This document shows, one piece after another, positions 1 to 9,430 of a stretch of 64,000 nucleotides of DNA; the first letter of the stretch is position 1, and each line of letters starts with the position of its first letter. Both the position numbers and the translations under genes were made by a program. A model generated the notes under the pieces. The model was not told where the DNA came from. It searched no databases and worked only from the letters and a program-made list of their open reading frames with translations. Location: contig JAYUJH010000006.1 of NCBI GenBank assembly GCA_043765375.1, positions 10,110 to 74,109 of the forward strand. Reading direction: 5' to 3'. The stretch comes from Alphaproteobacteria bacterium (GTDB taxonomy: Bacteria > Pseudomonadota > Alphaproteobacteria > Rickettsiales > UBA998).

Positions 1-1713
1 CCAGAACTTGGTGACGTGGGCAACCAAACGCCAAGCAATTTCAATGATGCTGAAATAGGGCGATTAATCAGGCAAAACTCACTGCGTTTATACCCCAACA
101 CCCCCACCGCTAATGGATTTTGCTTGTTCATCAAGCGAGAATTACTCAACCAAATTGGTGATTTTAATGCGGATTTATTTCCCAGAGGATATGGTGAAGA
201 AAACGAGTTTTCCATGCGCTCCCGCAATGCAGGGTGGCAACATAAAGTTGATGATGCTTGCTTTATATTCCACCAGCGCAGTGCATCATTTGGTGATGAA
301 AAAGCTATATTAATTGAAAATGCCAATAATGTTTTGCGTAAGCGATACCCTGAATATTCAAAATTAGCGGCTGATTTTTGCGTATCTCCCGCAATGCAAC
401 AAGTGCGCCGTCATGTCCGCTTATTATATCAAAACGCCAGAACCCCAAAACCTAGCATACTCCCAAAACCTCGTATAATATATGTGCTGCACGGCAATGC
501 AACAGGAGGAACACCATATACTACCCGTGATTTAATGAATAATTTAGCAAGTAAATGGGATATTTTCTTAGCGGAATGTGACCGCTCCACCATCACTTTG
601 AAAAGAATGATTAATGGAGAATTGCAACTAATGGGAGAATGGAAATTACAAACACCGCTCTCAATCGCTGATCAATTCCGCCCTGATTATGCTGCAATCA
701 TGTTATATTTATTGCAAACATATGCAATTGAGTTGGTGCATATTCGTCATTTGCATAAGCATTCGCTTGATTTGCCCCGCATCGCTAATGCGCTGCATAT
801 CCCCGTGATTTTATCATTCCATGATTTTTATTTCGTTTGTCCAACTATTAATTTGCTTGATGAAAAACAAAAGTTTTGTGGGGGCGTTTGCACCAAAACC
901 AAAATAACTCAAAATAATGGCAAAGCCAATGAGGCAGATACTCAAGCAACATCAGATTGCGCCCTACCCTATCCACTAGAGGAATCCATACCACCGCTGA
1001 AACATCGTTTCATTCACCGTTGGCAGGAGGAAATATCACGCATTTTTCCATATATTAGTGGGTTTGTTACCACTAGTCATTTCGCCCGTGATATTATGGT
1101 TAAGACATACCCAACCCTTGCCAATGAAGATTTTCGTGTGATTGAGCATGGTAGAGATTTTGCGCAACAGCAATATTTAGCGGTTGCACCATCGCTAAAT
1201 GCTCCCCTCAAAATTATAATCGCAGGGCAGATGACCAAGCATAAAGGGGCAGATTTCATTGAAAAATTGCTAAAATTGGACACTGACAACGGCGCAATAG
1301 AGTTTCACTTTCTTGGCAATCTCCCTGAAAAATATTCGCATTTGGGTGTGTTTCATGGCAGTTATAGCCGTGATGAATTGCCCGCCAAAGTTGCAGAAAT
1401 TGGTGGCAATGTGATGGGAATATTTTCCATTTGGGCAGAAACATATTGCCATGTTCTCTCAGAAGCATGGGCGTGTGGAATGCCCGTTATCGCAAGCAAT
1501 TTAGGCGCATTAAAAGAGCGCATTAATATCCATGGTGGGGGGTGGGTAATTGACATTGCTAAGCCAAAATCCGCATATACAAAAATATGCGCAATCCGTG
1601 CGAATGAGAATGATTATCAGCGTAAAGTTGCCGCCGCCTCATTGCAAGCACTTCGCAATATTAATGAAATGTCAGATGATTATGCTGATTTTTATGCTGA
1701 TGTGATGCGATGA
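1..1713 (+). CDS. Multi-domain glycosyltransferase (GT2 C-terminal part + GT-B/GT4), 5'-truncated by window edge
   Basis: Frame open from base 1; GT2 motifs (GFCLFIKR, FPRGYGEENEFSMR) followed by GT4-like region (HDFYFVCP, WAETYCHVLSEAWACGMPVIASNLGAL). Confidence 0.85.
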   Translation, partial: PELGDVGNQTPSNFNDAEIGRLIRQNSLRLYPNTPTANGFCLFIKRELLNQIGDFNADLFPRGYGEENEFSMRSRNAGWQHKVDDACFIFHQRSASFGDEKAILIENANNVLRKRYPEYSKLAADFCVSPAMQQVRRHVRLLYQNARTPKPSILPKPRIIYVLHGNATGGTPYTTRDLMNNLASKWDIFLAECDRSTITLKRMINGELQLMGEWKLQTPLSIADQFRPDYAAIMLYLLQTYAIELVHIRHLHKHSLDLPRIANALHIPVILSFHDFYFVCPTINLLDEKQKFCGGVCTKTKITQNNGKANEADTQATSDCALPYPLEESIPPLKHRFIHRWQEEISRIFPYISGFVTTSHFARDIMVKTYPTLANEDFRVIEHGRDFAQQQYLAVAPSLNAPLKIIIAGQMTKHKGADFIEKLLKLDTDNGAIEFHFLGNLPEKYSHLGVFHGSYSRDELPAKVAEIGGNVMGIFSIWAETYCHVLSEAWACGMPVIASNLGALKERINIHGGGWVIDIAKPKSAYTKICAIRANENDYQRKVAAASLQALRNINEMSDDYADFYADVMR

Positions 1714-1778
1714 TGTTGTTATGTGATTGTGTTAAATAGTGTTTTTCGGGGTAATTTTTTTAGGGTGACTTTTTGGAA

Positions 1779-1960
1779 TGGATACCAGCCTCCGCTGGTA
1801 TGACAAACGCTAACAACCAATTGCTATTCCCGCCCACACATTCCCGTCACTAATTCTATATACAACTCACAACTCCCGTCACTCCGTCGCAGGACGGAGT
1901 CCATAAAAACACACAAAGCAATTATGGGGTTAATAGATACCAGCCTCCGCTGGTATGACA
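1779..1960. repeat. Cluster of three REP-like palindromes between convergent genes
   Basis: TGGATACCAGCCTCCGCTGGTATGACA (1779-1805), GTCACTCCGTCGCAGGACGGAGTCCA (1878-1903), TAGATACCAGCCTCCGCTGGTATGACA (1934-1960). Confidence 0.85.
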
Positions 1961-1991
1961 ACATAAAAATATGTCCCAATATTAAAGAGGC

Positions 1992-2810
1992 TCACAATAA
2001 CTCGCCATGCTTGGCAATCAAAGCCTCGGCAATAAGCACATCTTGCGGGCTATCAACGCCAGACATTGCCGCACGATTGCCATAATCCACCGCAACGCAC
2101 CTGATTTTGCAATCATTTTCCAGCAAGCGTAATTGCTCCAAACCCTCTAACTTCTCATAATTACTCTCTGCCATAGTGGAATAGCGGGCAAGCATTACGG
2201 CAGAGTAACCATAAATCCCAATATGTCGCCACACAGGACTTATCATTGCTGAAGATTGCGCTCGCAATTCCTCCTCCCCCCTGATTGCAGGAATAATTTG
2301 TTTGCTAAACCATAATGCTTGACCGTCAGATTTGCGCAACGCAACTATTGTTCCACTAAATGGCGTTTTGATTTTTTGTTGACGCATTAAATCCAACTCC
2401 GTCCATGAAAGCTGGGTAACAAGCGTCACAACATCAGCAGGGTTGCTCCAATATGAATTAATCATATCCACAATAAAATCTGGCGGGGTGAGCGGTGCAT
2501 CGCCTTGCAAATTAATGATAAACTCTGGTGCGTATGATAATTTAGCCACTGCCTGAGCGCATCTATCCGATCCACTTTGGCAATTCTCATCAGTTAGCAC
2601 ATAATCAACGCCAAGTTCCACACAATGATTGGCTATCATCTCATGATCGGTTGCAACCAGCACTTTGCAATCACCCGCCAGCTTGGCAGCCTCATTGGCG
2701 ATTGCCACCACCCGTGCAAGCATAGTCTGCCCCGCAATAATGGCGAGTGGTTTGGCAGGCAACCTTGTTGAAGCATAACGTGCGGGAATTATTATTATAT
2801 TTTTAGTCAT
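1992..2810 (-). CDS. kdsB: 3-deoxy-manno-octulosonate cytidylyltransferase
   Basis: IIIPARYASTRLPAKPL, SGSDR, INLQGDAP, RHIGIYGY, LEGLEQLRLLE; start moved to MTKNIII. Confidence 0.95.
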   Translation of the reverse strand: MTKNIIIIPARYASTRLPAKPLAIIAGQTMLARVVAIANEAAKLAGDCKVLVATDHEMIANHCVELGVDYVLTDENCQSGSDRCAQAVAKLSYAPEFIINLQGDAPLTPPDFIVDMINSYWSNPADVVTLVTQLSWTELDLMRQQKIKTPFSGTIVALRKSDGQALWFSKQIIPAIRGEEELRAQSSAMISPVWRHIGIYGYSAVMLARYSTMAESNYEKLEGLEQLRLLENDCKIRCVAVDYGNRAAMSGVDSPQDVLIAEALIAKHGELL

Positions 2811-2869
2811 TTTTGCTATTGCATATATATGTGCTTTAATATTCATGATATATCAGTTATATTGTAGCA

Positions 2870-4867
2870 ATGGAATATAATTTTAATCTTATCCCAAATA
2901 ATTCAAGCAACAGCGTGACTAACGTTGCATCAGCAAGGTTGATGCTAGAAAATGCAAACCCTGCTATTATTTCTGTGTTAGCCAAAAATGGTGCAACTTT
3001 GAGCGGTATAGTTCAAAGCCGCAGCAATAACGGCGTGGTAAGTTTGCAAACAGACTTTGGCAATCTCAACCTCAAAAGTGATTTATTCCTCAAAAAAGGG
3101 GCGGAACTTGTCATTAAAATTGAGCAAAAACAATCAGATTTAATTGCAAAAATAATTAGCGTTAATGGTTTATCACCAAATAAATATCAAGAAATTATGG
3201 CTGCTGAAAAAGCGTTAATCATACAAGATAAAGTGACGACTAGCTCCAATGTGATTGAAAATAAGATTGATAGCAAAATTGAGAATAAGGCGGTAATAAC
3301 TCCACCCCAAACAATAACTAATTCCTCCCCAAACTTGAGTGCGCCACAATTGCGGGGAGTATTTTTGCAACAACCAAAAATTAGCCCTGAATTATTGCAA
3401 CAAATCGCCCCGACTATGAATTATGGCACAAGTTTGAGTGCAGGAACGGCGTTACAATTAAAAATCATTAATATTTTAATTCCTGATGATAATATTAATG
3501 ATACTTTTACTAACTTAAATAATATAGCGACTAATAATTCAGCAACTAATAGTTCAGCGAAAAATAATGTAACACAAAATAATTTAACGCAAAGCCTTGC
3601 AGCAACAAATACAATTCAACCGCCGCCCCAGCCACAAACAAAATCTTCACAACTAACATCGCCACAATTATCTGCATCACATGCAATTAACGCAACTAAC
3701 ACGCCAAATATCGCCAATAATTCCGCTTTGCCTCCCACAACCCCCGCCATAACCAGCACTTTAGTATCTGCCGGCAATGACAAAACCAAACTTACCCCGC
3801 TGGAATATTTGCGAAATATTTTGCCTAATAATTCAAGCATCACTCAAGCGGCTAATCCAACCACCACCGCACCAAATATTTTTAATGGAGTGGTGTTGCA
3901 TCAAGCTAATATGCGGGAGCTAACCATGCAAACTGATATGGGACTGGTGAAGTTATTTTTAAGCACGCCATTACCCAAAGGTTCAATCATTCAATTTGAA
4001 TTGTTACAGCTGGAAAATGTAAGGGGGGTGATGAATGGAACGAGGGGGGCTTTGTTGCAAGATTTATCCACGGAAGAATTGTTCAAAACCACGCCAACAA
4101 ACTTGCCCACTTTGGAAGAAATGGTGGAGTTAAAACATTTAAGCCAAATCCCCACCCCTGCATATTTGCAACCGCATATTGTGCCAAGGATTGGTGCAAC
4201 TTTGGCGAATGAAATGTTATTTTTTCTAAATGCTTTAACTAATTTTAATCCATCTACTTTGAAACAAAATAATCTGCAAAAAACTGATGCACAAAAATTG
4301 CTCGGAGATGTTTTGCATCAACAATTGCAATCACTTGAGGGCGGGGATTCAAAACTTAACAACTTAAATAATGAGATTGGCTCGCTTAAAAAAACCTTTG
4401 AGCAATCATTACAAAACTTAAAAAATGATGATCCTAAAAAAGAAAATTGGCAAAGCATGTTAATTCCAATTTATGATGGAACTCAATTGCGCCCCATTCA
4501 ATTATTTATGAAAAAAAAACAAGTAAGCAACAAAGATGTGACGCAAATAACCAACCATTTTATGCTGGAATTGGAGTTGGATAATATAGGTTTGATGCAG
4601 CTTGATGGCTTGGTTCAACAACAAAAAGTGAATGCTAATAACGCATCATCACCTAAAACCGCTAATATTAATTTTAACATGATAATTCGCACCCAGCAAC
4701 CATGGGAAGATGCAATCAAAGCAGATATAATTAATATTTTCACCAGTGCGCAACAAATCACGGGGACAAAAGGAACATTGCAATTTCAGCATGGTAAAGC
4801 GGCGATAATCCCTCACCCTGATGTGACTTCTTCGCCCAAAACACAAGAGCGTAGCATCATTGTGTGA
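2870..4867 (+). CDS. Hypothetical protein, possibly FliK (flagellar hook-length control)-like
   Basis: 665 aa with N/T/P/Q-rich low-complexity middle and compact C-terminal beta domain (HFMLELELDNIGLMQLDGLV...FNMIIRT). Confidence 0.5.
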   Translation: MEYNFNLIPNNSSNSVTNVASARLMLENANPAIISVLAKNGATLSGIVQSRSNNGVVSLQTDFGNLNLKSDLFLKKGAELVIKIEQKQSDLIAKIISVNGLSPNKYQEIMAAEKALIIQDKVTTSSNVIENKIDSKIENKAVITPPQTITNSSPNLSAPQLRGVFLQQPKISPELLQQIAPTMNYGTSLSAGTALQLKIINILIPDDNINDTFTNLNNIATNNSATNSSAKNNVTQNNLTQSLAATNTIQPPPQPQTKSSQLTSPQLSASHAINATNTPNIANNSALPPTTPAITSTLVSAGNDKTKLTPLEYLRNILPNNSSITQAANPTTTAPNIFNGVVLHQANMRELTMQTDMGLVKLFLSTPLPKGSIIQFELLQLENVRGVMNGTRGALLQDLSTEELFKTTPTNLPTLEEMVELKHLSQIPTPAYLQPHIVPRIGATLANEMLFFLNALTNFNPSTLKQNNLQKTDAQKLLGDVLHQQLQSLEGGDSKLNNLNNEIGSLKKTFEQSLQNLKNDDPKKENWQSMLIPIYDGTQLRPIQLFMKKKQVSNKDVTQITNHFMLELELDNIGLMQLDGLVQQQKVNANNASSPKTANINFNMIIRTQQPWEDAIKADIINIFTSAQQITGTKGTLQFQHGKAAIIPHPDVTSSPKTQERSIIV

Positions 4868-4977
4868 TGTGTGAGATTGTGATGTGCGAAATGTTGATTT
4901 TGGCTGATTTTTGATTGCAATAAATCACCTTAAATGATATATTGATTTTAGTTATATATGACCATGAAACAATAGAA

Positions 4978-5394
4978 ATGAATATACACACAGAAACCTT
5001 TAATGCGTTCAAACAAGCGGGAGTGCCAGAAGAATATGCGCAACGAGCCGCAACAGCAGTGGCGGGTGACCAAAACGCAATCATAGAAAAATTGACTAAA
5101 ATGGAAAATGATATTGCTAATAGGTTTATCAGGTTTGAAAATGATATAACTAACAAGCTAATTAGATTTGATAATGAAATTAACACGAAATTAGTTAAGA
5201 TGGAAAATGATATCAACAACAAGTTCGTTAAAATGGAAGGTGATATTGAAAAACGCTTTACAAAATTAGAACATGATATTCGTGAAGATACGCATTCTTT
5301 AGATAAAAAGTTTCTCATAATAACTACTATAGTAAGCAGCACGTTGCCCATAATTGGCGGTATGTTGTTTTTTGTACTAAAAGCACTTAATTAA
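4978..5394 (+). CDS. Membrane-anchored coiled-coil protein with 11-aa repeats (CCDC90/DUF1640/Bdr-like architecture)
   Basis: Head (FKQAGVPEEYAQRAA), about six 11-aa repeats (KLTKMENDIAN...), C-terminal TM helix. Confidence 0.7.
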   Translation: MNIHTETFNAFKQAGVPEEYAQRAATAVAGDQNAIIEKLTKMENDIANRFIRFENDITNKLIRFDNEINTKLVKMENDINNKFVKMEGDIEKRFTKLEHDIREDTHSLDKKFLIITTIVSSTLPIIGGMLFFVLKALN

Positions 5395-5456
5395 ACATCA
5401 AAACCATCATAATATAATTTCACGTTACGCATTTTTATGCTATAAACCCGTATTAT

Positions 5457-6452
5457 ATGAGTTTTGAAAATTATCCACCATCATTGCAGCAATTAACTGA
5501 GCTAACCGCATCTGATATTTTGCTTGTTAATAAGGTGATATTGGCAAATGTTGAGCAGTCCGTCCCGCTCATAACTGATATTGCGCACCATATTGTGCAA
5601 TCAGGAGGAAAGCGTTTGCGCCCCTGCTTAACCATTGCTTGTGCTAAATTGCTAGCATATGAAGGGGTTCGTCATATCAACTTAGCAGCGAGTGTGGAGC
5701 TAATTCATACCGCAACATTATTGCATGATGATGTGGTTGATGAAAGCACAATGCGCCGAGGGTTAGAGACTGCAAATAATATATGGAGCAATCAAGCAAG
5801 CGTGTTGGTGGGAGATTTTTTGCTTTCACGGGCGTTTCAATTGATGGTTGCTGACGAGGCGATTCCAGTGCTGAAATTGCTATCTGACGCTTCAGCGACC
5901 ATTTCACAAGGTGAAGTTAAGCAGCTTGTTGCCGCTGGTGATGTGAACACAACGAGCGAAACTTACTTTGAGATAATCCATGCCAAAACTGCTGTATTGT
6001 TTGCAGCAGCTTGTGAAATTGCCCCAATCATTGCTGGAAAACCCGAATTACGCCCGCATTTTGCTCAATTTGGCAATCACCTTGGGATTGCCTTTCAATT
6101 GATTGATGATGCGCTTGATTATTCCACCAACCTTGAAGATTTAGGAAAAAATATTGGTGATGATTTGCGTGAAGGCAAAATGACCCTACCAGTGATTATC
6201 TCATATGCTGCTGGAAATGAGAGCGAGCGAGCATTTTGGCAACAAGTTATTGCAGAAAATGTTGCAACCGAGTCGGATTTATCTCACGCAATCGCCCTAA
6301 TTGGCAAGCATAATGCAATTAAATATATTATGGAACAAGCAAAACAACATTTGCAACAAGCATCAAATGCTTTGAATGAAATTGGCGGCGAGCAAAATGC
6401 AACAAATGCACTTAAATCAACGCTTGCTTTTTGTTTGGCGAGAAAAAACTGA
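5457..6452 (+). CDS. ispB: Polyprenyl diphosphate synthase
   Basis: GGKRLRP, ELIHTATLLHDDVVD, GDFLL, FQLIDDALDY, GKNIGDDLREGKMTLP. Confidence 0.95.
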   Translation: MSFENYPPSLQQLTELTASDILLVNKVILANVEQSVPLITDIAHHIVQSGGKRLRPCLTIACAKLLAYEGVRHINLAASVELIHTATLLHDDVVDESTMRRGLETANNIWSNQASVLVGDFLLSRAFQLMVADEAIPVLKLLSDASATISQGEVKQLVAAGDVNTTSETYFEIIHAKTAVLFAAACEIAPIIAGKPELRPHFAQFGNHLGIAFQLIDDALDYSTNLEDLGKNIGDDLREGKMTLPVIISYAAGNESERAFWQQVIAENVATESDLSHAIALIGKHNAIKYIMEQAKQHLQQASNALNEIGGEQNATNALKSTLAFCLARKN

Positions 6453-6473
6453 AATATATTAAAGAGTTGAGAT

Positions 6474-7157
6474 ATGATTAAACCAATCACAATTGCCATT
6501 CCCAAAGGGCGGATATATGAAGAATTGCAACCATTATTGCAGGCTTGTGGAATTGTTCCAGAGCCAGCATTTTTTAATGATAATGCACGGCAATTGATTT
6601 TTGCAACTAATCAACCACATATCAGGTTCATTCGGGTGCGATCATTTGATGCGGCAACATTTGTGGCGTTTGGTGCAGCAGAAATTGGTATGGTTGGCAG
6701 CGATGTTTTGGAAGAGTTTAATTATGACGAAATATACGCCCCGCTAGATTTGGGCATCGGCAAATGCAGGTTGAGTGTAGCAGAATTGGCAAAAAATATT
6801 TATAATGGTGACATAAGAAATGATATCCTAAATAACGACAGCCTAAATAACGCAACTCACATACGGATTGCGACTAAATATCCTAACCTCACCAAGAAAT
6901 ATTTCGCTAACCAAGGGGTGCAAGCGGAGTGCATCAAACTCAATGGTGCAATGGAATTAGCTCCTATACTCGGATTATCAGAACGTATTGTGGATTTAGT
7001 TTCCACTGGTAGCACGCTCAAGGCTAACGGACTGGTTGAAATTGCAACCATAATGCAAATATCAACCCGTTTGATAATCAACCGCTTATTTTATAAAACA
7101 GAGGCGAATCTTGCACAGGATTTGATTAGTGGATTTAGGAATGCGATGGTGAAATAG
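6474..7157 (+). CDS. hisG: ATP phosphoribosyltransferase (short form)
   Basis: TIAIPKGR, IATKYP, LNGAMELAP, IVDLVSTGSTLKANGL. Confidence 0.97.
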   Translation: MIKPITIAIPKGRIYEELQPLLQACGIVPEPAFFNDNARQLIFATNQPHIRFIRVRSFDAATFVAFGAAEIGMVGSDVLEEFNYDEIYAPLDLGIGKCRLSVAELAKNIYNGDIRNDILNNDSLNNATHIRIATKYPNLTKKYFANQGVQAECIKLNGAMELAPILGLSERIVDLVSTGSTLKANGLVEIATIMQISTRLIINRLFYKTEANLAQDLISGFRNAMVK

Positions 7158-7190
7158 GATATATTATTGTTTGCTAACAAAGTTAATTTA

Positions 7191-7300
7191 TGGATACCAG
7201 CTTTTGGCTACGCCTCTCTTCGGGTGCTGGTATGACAAAACTCGCAAGACTTTACTTAAAATATAGATACCAGCCTGCGCTGGTATGACAAACGCTAACA
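7191..7300. repeat. Two REP-like palindromes between convergent hisG and EAL genes
   Basis: TGGATACCAGC-long loop-GCTGGTATGACA (7191-7237); TAGATACCAGCCTGCGCTGGTATGACAAACGCTAACA (7264-7300), near-identical to 1779-1815. Confidence 0.85.
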
Positions 7301-7330
7301 TAGGCGCAAGCCTCGCCTCCAATTAATCCA

Positions 7331-9109
7331 CTACATCGCTTGTTTATCTTGCACCCCGCCTTCACCAAAACCTTCATCACGGAAGCGGCGAACATTAAAT
7401 AATCCTGCATAATTTGAAGTGATTTTATCATGAAAATTGAGGATTGATTCATCTGTGGAAGGCTTGCCGATATAATATCCCTGTCCATATTGCACTCCAG
7501 ATTCAAACAAAAACTCCGCCTCTTTTTGTGTTTCCACCATTTCACCAATCATCATCATATCCAGATTGCGACATAGACTAGCCATCGCTTTTAGCAATTT
7601 GCGCCCCCGTTCTGTTTGCATGGAATCACGGACATAACTGCCATCAATCTTAACAAAATCCACCTGCAAATGACGCAAATAATTAAATGATGATTCCCCC
7701 ACTCCAAAATCATCAAGGCATACGAGATTGCCCTCTTTGCGCAATGTTTGAATGAAATCATTCGCCATTTGCATGTTATCAATCTTGAATGATTCCGTCA
7801 CTTCAATCATCAAATGTGAGCGAACATCATTATATTTACGCAACAAATTGAGGAATGTATCAATAAATAAATTGGAGCTAAGCGAACGCCCCGAAAGATT
7901 GACTGCCAAAGAAACATGCTGCCCCATCTTTTTACGCTCTTGAATGATGCACAAAACCTTTTCTGTTATTGCAAGGTCGCAATCATTAATCAAACCAGCT
8001 TGTTCACCAAATGTGATAAACTCAAATGGATTTTTGAACTTGCCCATATCATGCAACCGCACCAAACATTCGTGATGATGCACAATTCCCGTGCGCAAAT
8101 TGACAATTGGCTGAAATGCTAGCGAGAAAGCGTCCGCACTCAAAGTTTTTTTGAATGTGCCGATATGGTCAAGCGTGATATCTAACATTTCTTCATAGCT
8201 TTCATTCAAGCTGGTGATGCTAAACTTTTCACCTTTATTTTCCGCAAACTTATTAATCGTATAAAGCACAGCATTTGCCAAATCATGCTCGGATAGCGGA
8301 TATTCATCAGATGAAGTTTTTATATTAGTTGCCTCAACTTTTAGATCCAACCCTTTAATTTGCAATTTAGCAATATTTTTAATGCCGTCCACTAGCTCTT
8401 GATTATTAGTATTACCCGGGGTGATGATGGAATATGAACCACGCTCAATGATTTTTGCTGCCTCATTATTAACGGATTTTGTTTTGATATAATCACCAAT
8501 AGATTTAAGCAATTTAACCGCATTATCAGTGCTTAAACTATCCAGCAATATTTGCAATTCTGGAATATCAACAATGGTGATGTTGAGTTCTTCTCCACGC
8601 GCATTGGCTTCAACAATTTGTTTGCAAGCATGAAGGGTGAATATTTCTTTCTCAACTATTCCTTCAATTTGCTCAATTTCCGCCAATTCTTCATAATGTT
8701 GAATTAATGACTCACAGCGCAGTGAAAAATAAAATCTCTCGCATTTGTTTTTGGAATTATCATTTGGAGAATTAATATGTTGAATATTATCATGTTCAAT
8801 ATAAATACCCGACAAACGAAAAGCCATTTCCTCACCATTGGCAGCAATAAAATCAAGCGGGACTGAATCTATACGGTTTTTTTGCTTAATGGTTTCCATG
8901 ATGTTTTTCAACCGACCATGGTGATTATGCGCAATTATCTGTTTGAAATTAAGCCCGATAATATCCGCACTTTTGCGCCCAAGCAAGCCCTGCATTGCAC
9001 CATCAGCAAATACTATAACTCCATCTTGTTCAACTTCAACCAAAATATCTGCACTGGAGAAGGCGAAAGCTGCGAAATTATCACTTGGAATGTTTGGATT
9101 TTTAGTCAT
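7331..9109 (-). CDS. PAS + degenerate GGDEF-like + EAL c-di-GMP phosphodiesterase
   Basis: N-terminal PAS-like region; AFQPIV, ECLVR, AVNLSG, IEVTES, LDDFGVGESS, VKIDG, EMVET, QGYYIGKP. Confidence 0.88.
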   Translation of the reverse strand: MTKNPNIPSDNFAAFAFSSADILVEVEQDGVIVFADGAMQGLLGRKSADIIGLNFKQIIAHNHHGRLKNIMETIKQKNRIDSVPLDFIAANGEEMAFRLSGIYIEHDNIQHINSPNDNSKNKCERFYFSLRCESLIQHYEELAEIEQIEGIVEKEIFTLHACKQIVEANARGEELNITIVDIPELQILLDSLSTDNAVKLLKSIGDYIKTKSVNNEAAKIIERGSYSIITPGNTNNQELVDGIKNIAKLQIKGLDLKVEATNIKTSSDEYPLSEHDLANAVLYTINKFAENKGEKFSITSLNESYEEMLDITLDHIGTFKKTLSADAFSLAFQPIVNLRTGIVHHHECLVRLHDMGKFKNPFEFITFGEQAGLINDCDLAITEKVLCIIQERKKMGQHVSLAVNLSGRSLSSNLFIDTFLNLLRKYNDVRSHLMIEVTESFKIDNMQMANDFIQTLRKEGNLVCLDDFGVGESSFNYLRHLQVDFVKIDGSYVRDSMQTERGRKLLKAMASLCRNLDMMMIGEMVETQKEAEFLFESGVQYGQGYYIGKPSTDESILNFHDKITSNYAGLFNVRRFRDEGFGEGGVQDKQAM

Positions 9110-9430
9110 AATTATTACCAATTTATTTATATTATTACTATGCCAAATAATGATTAATATATTATTAAGTTACATTGTTTTTGTGCATTGCGAGAGGATT
9201 TTTTATGATGCAAATCAAGCATTACCTTCAACTAAATATATAATTAACCATTAATAAATACTTGTTTCAGCAATCAACAATACTTATCAATATTTAATAT
9301 TAACTTGAATTACTTGCATTTTTATTATACCAAATATTCATATAAAAAATATTAATATAAAACGCTTGAGTTTTTTGCATCATTTGTTATGTTGTTGTGG
9401 ATTAAAATAATATTATAATTTTGAGCAAAT

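Noticed and set aside
4857-5351. Antisense 164-aa ORF and the many other 60-155 aa overlapping ORFs in the track
   Set aside because: Shadows of well-supported genes on the other strand or frame; no independent motifs
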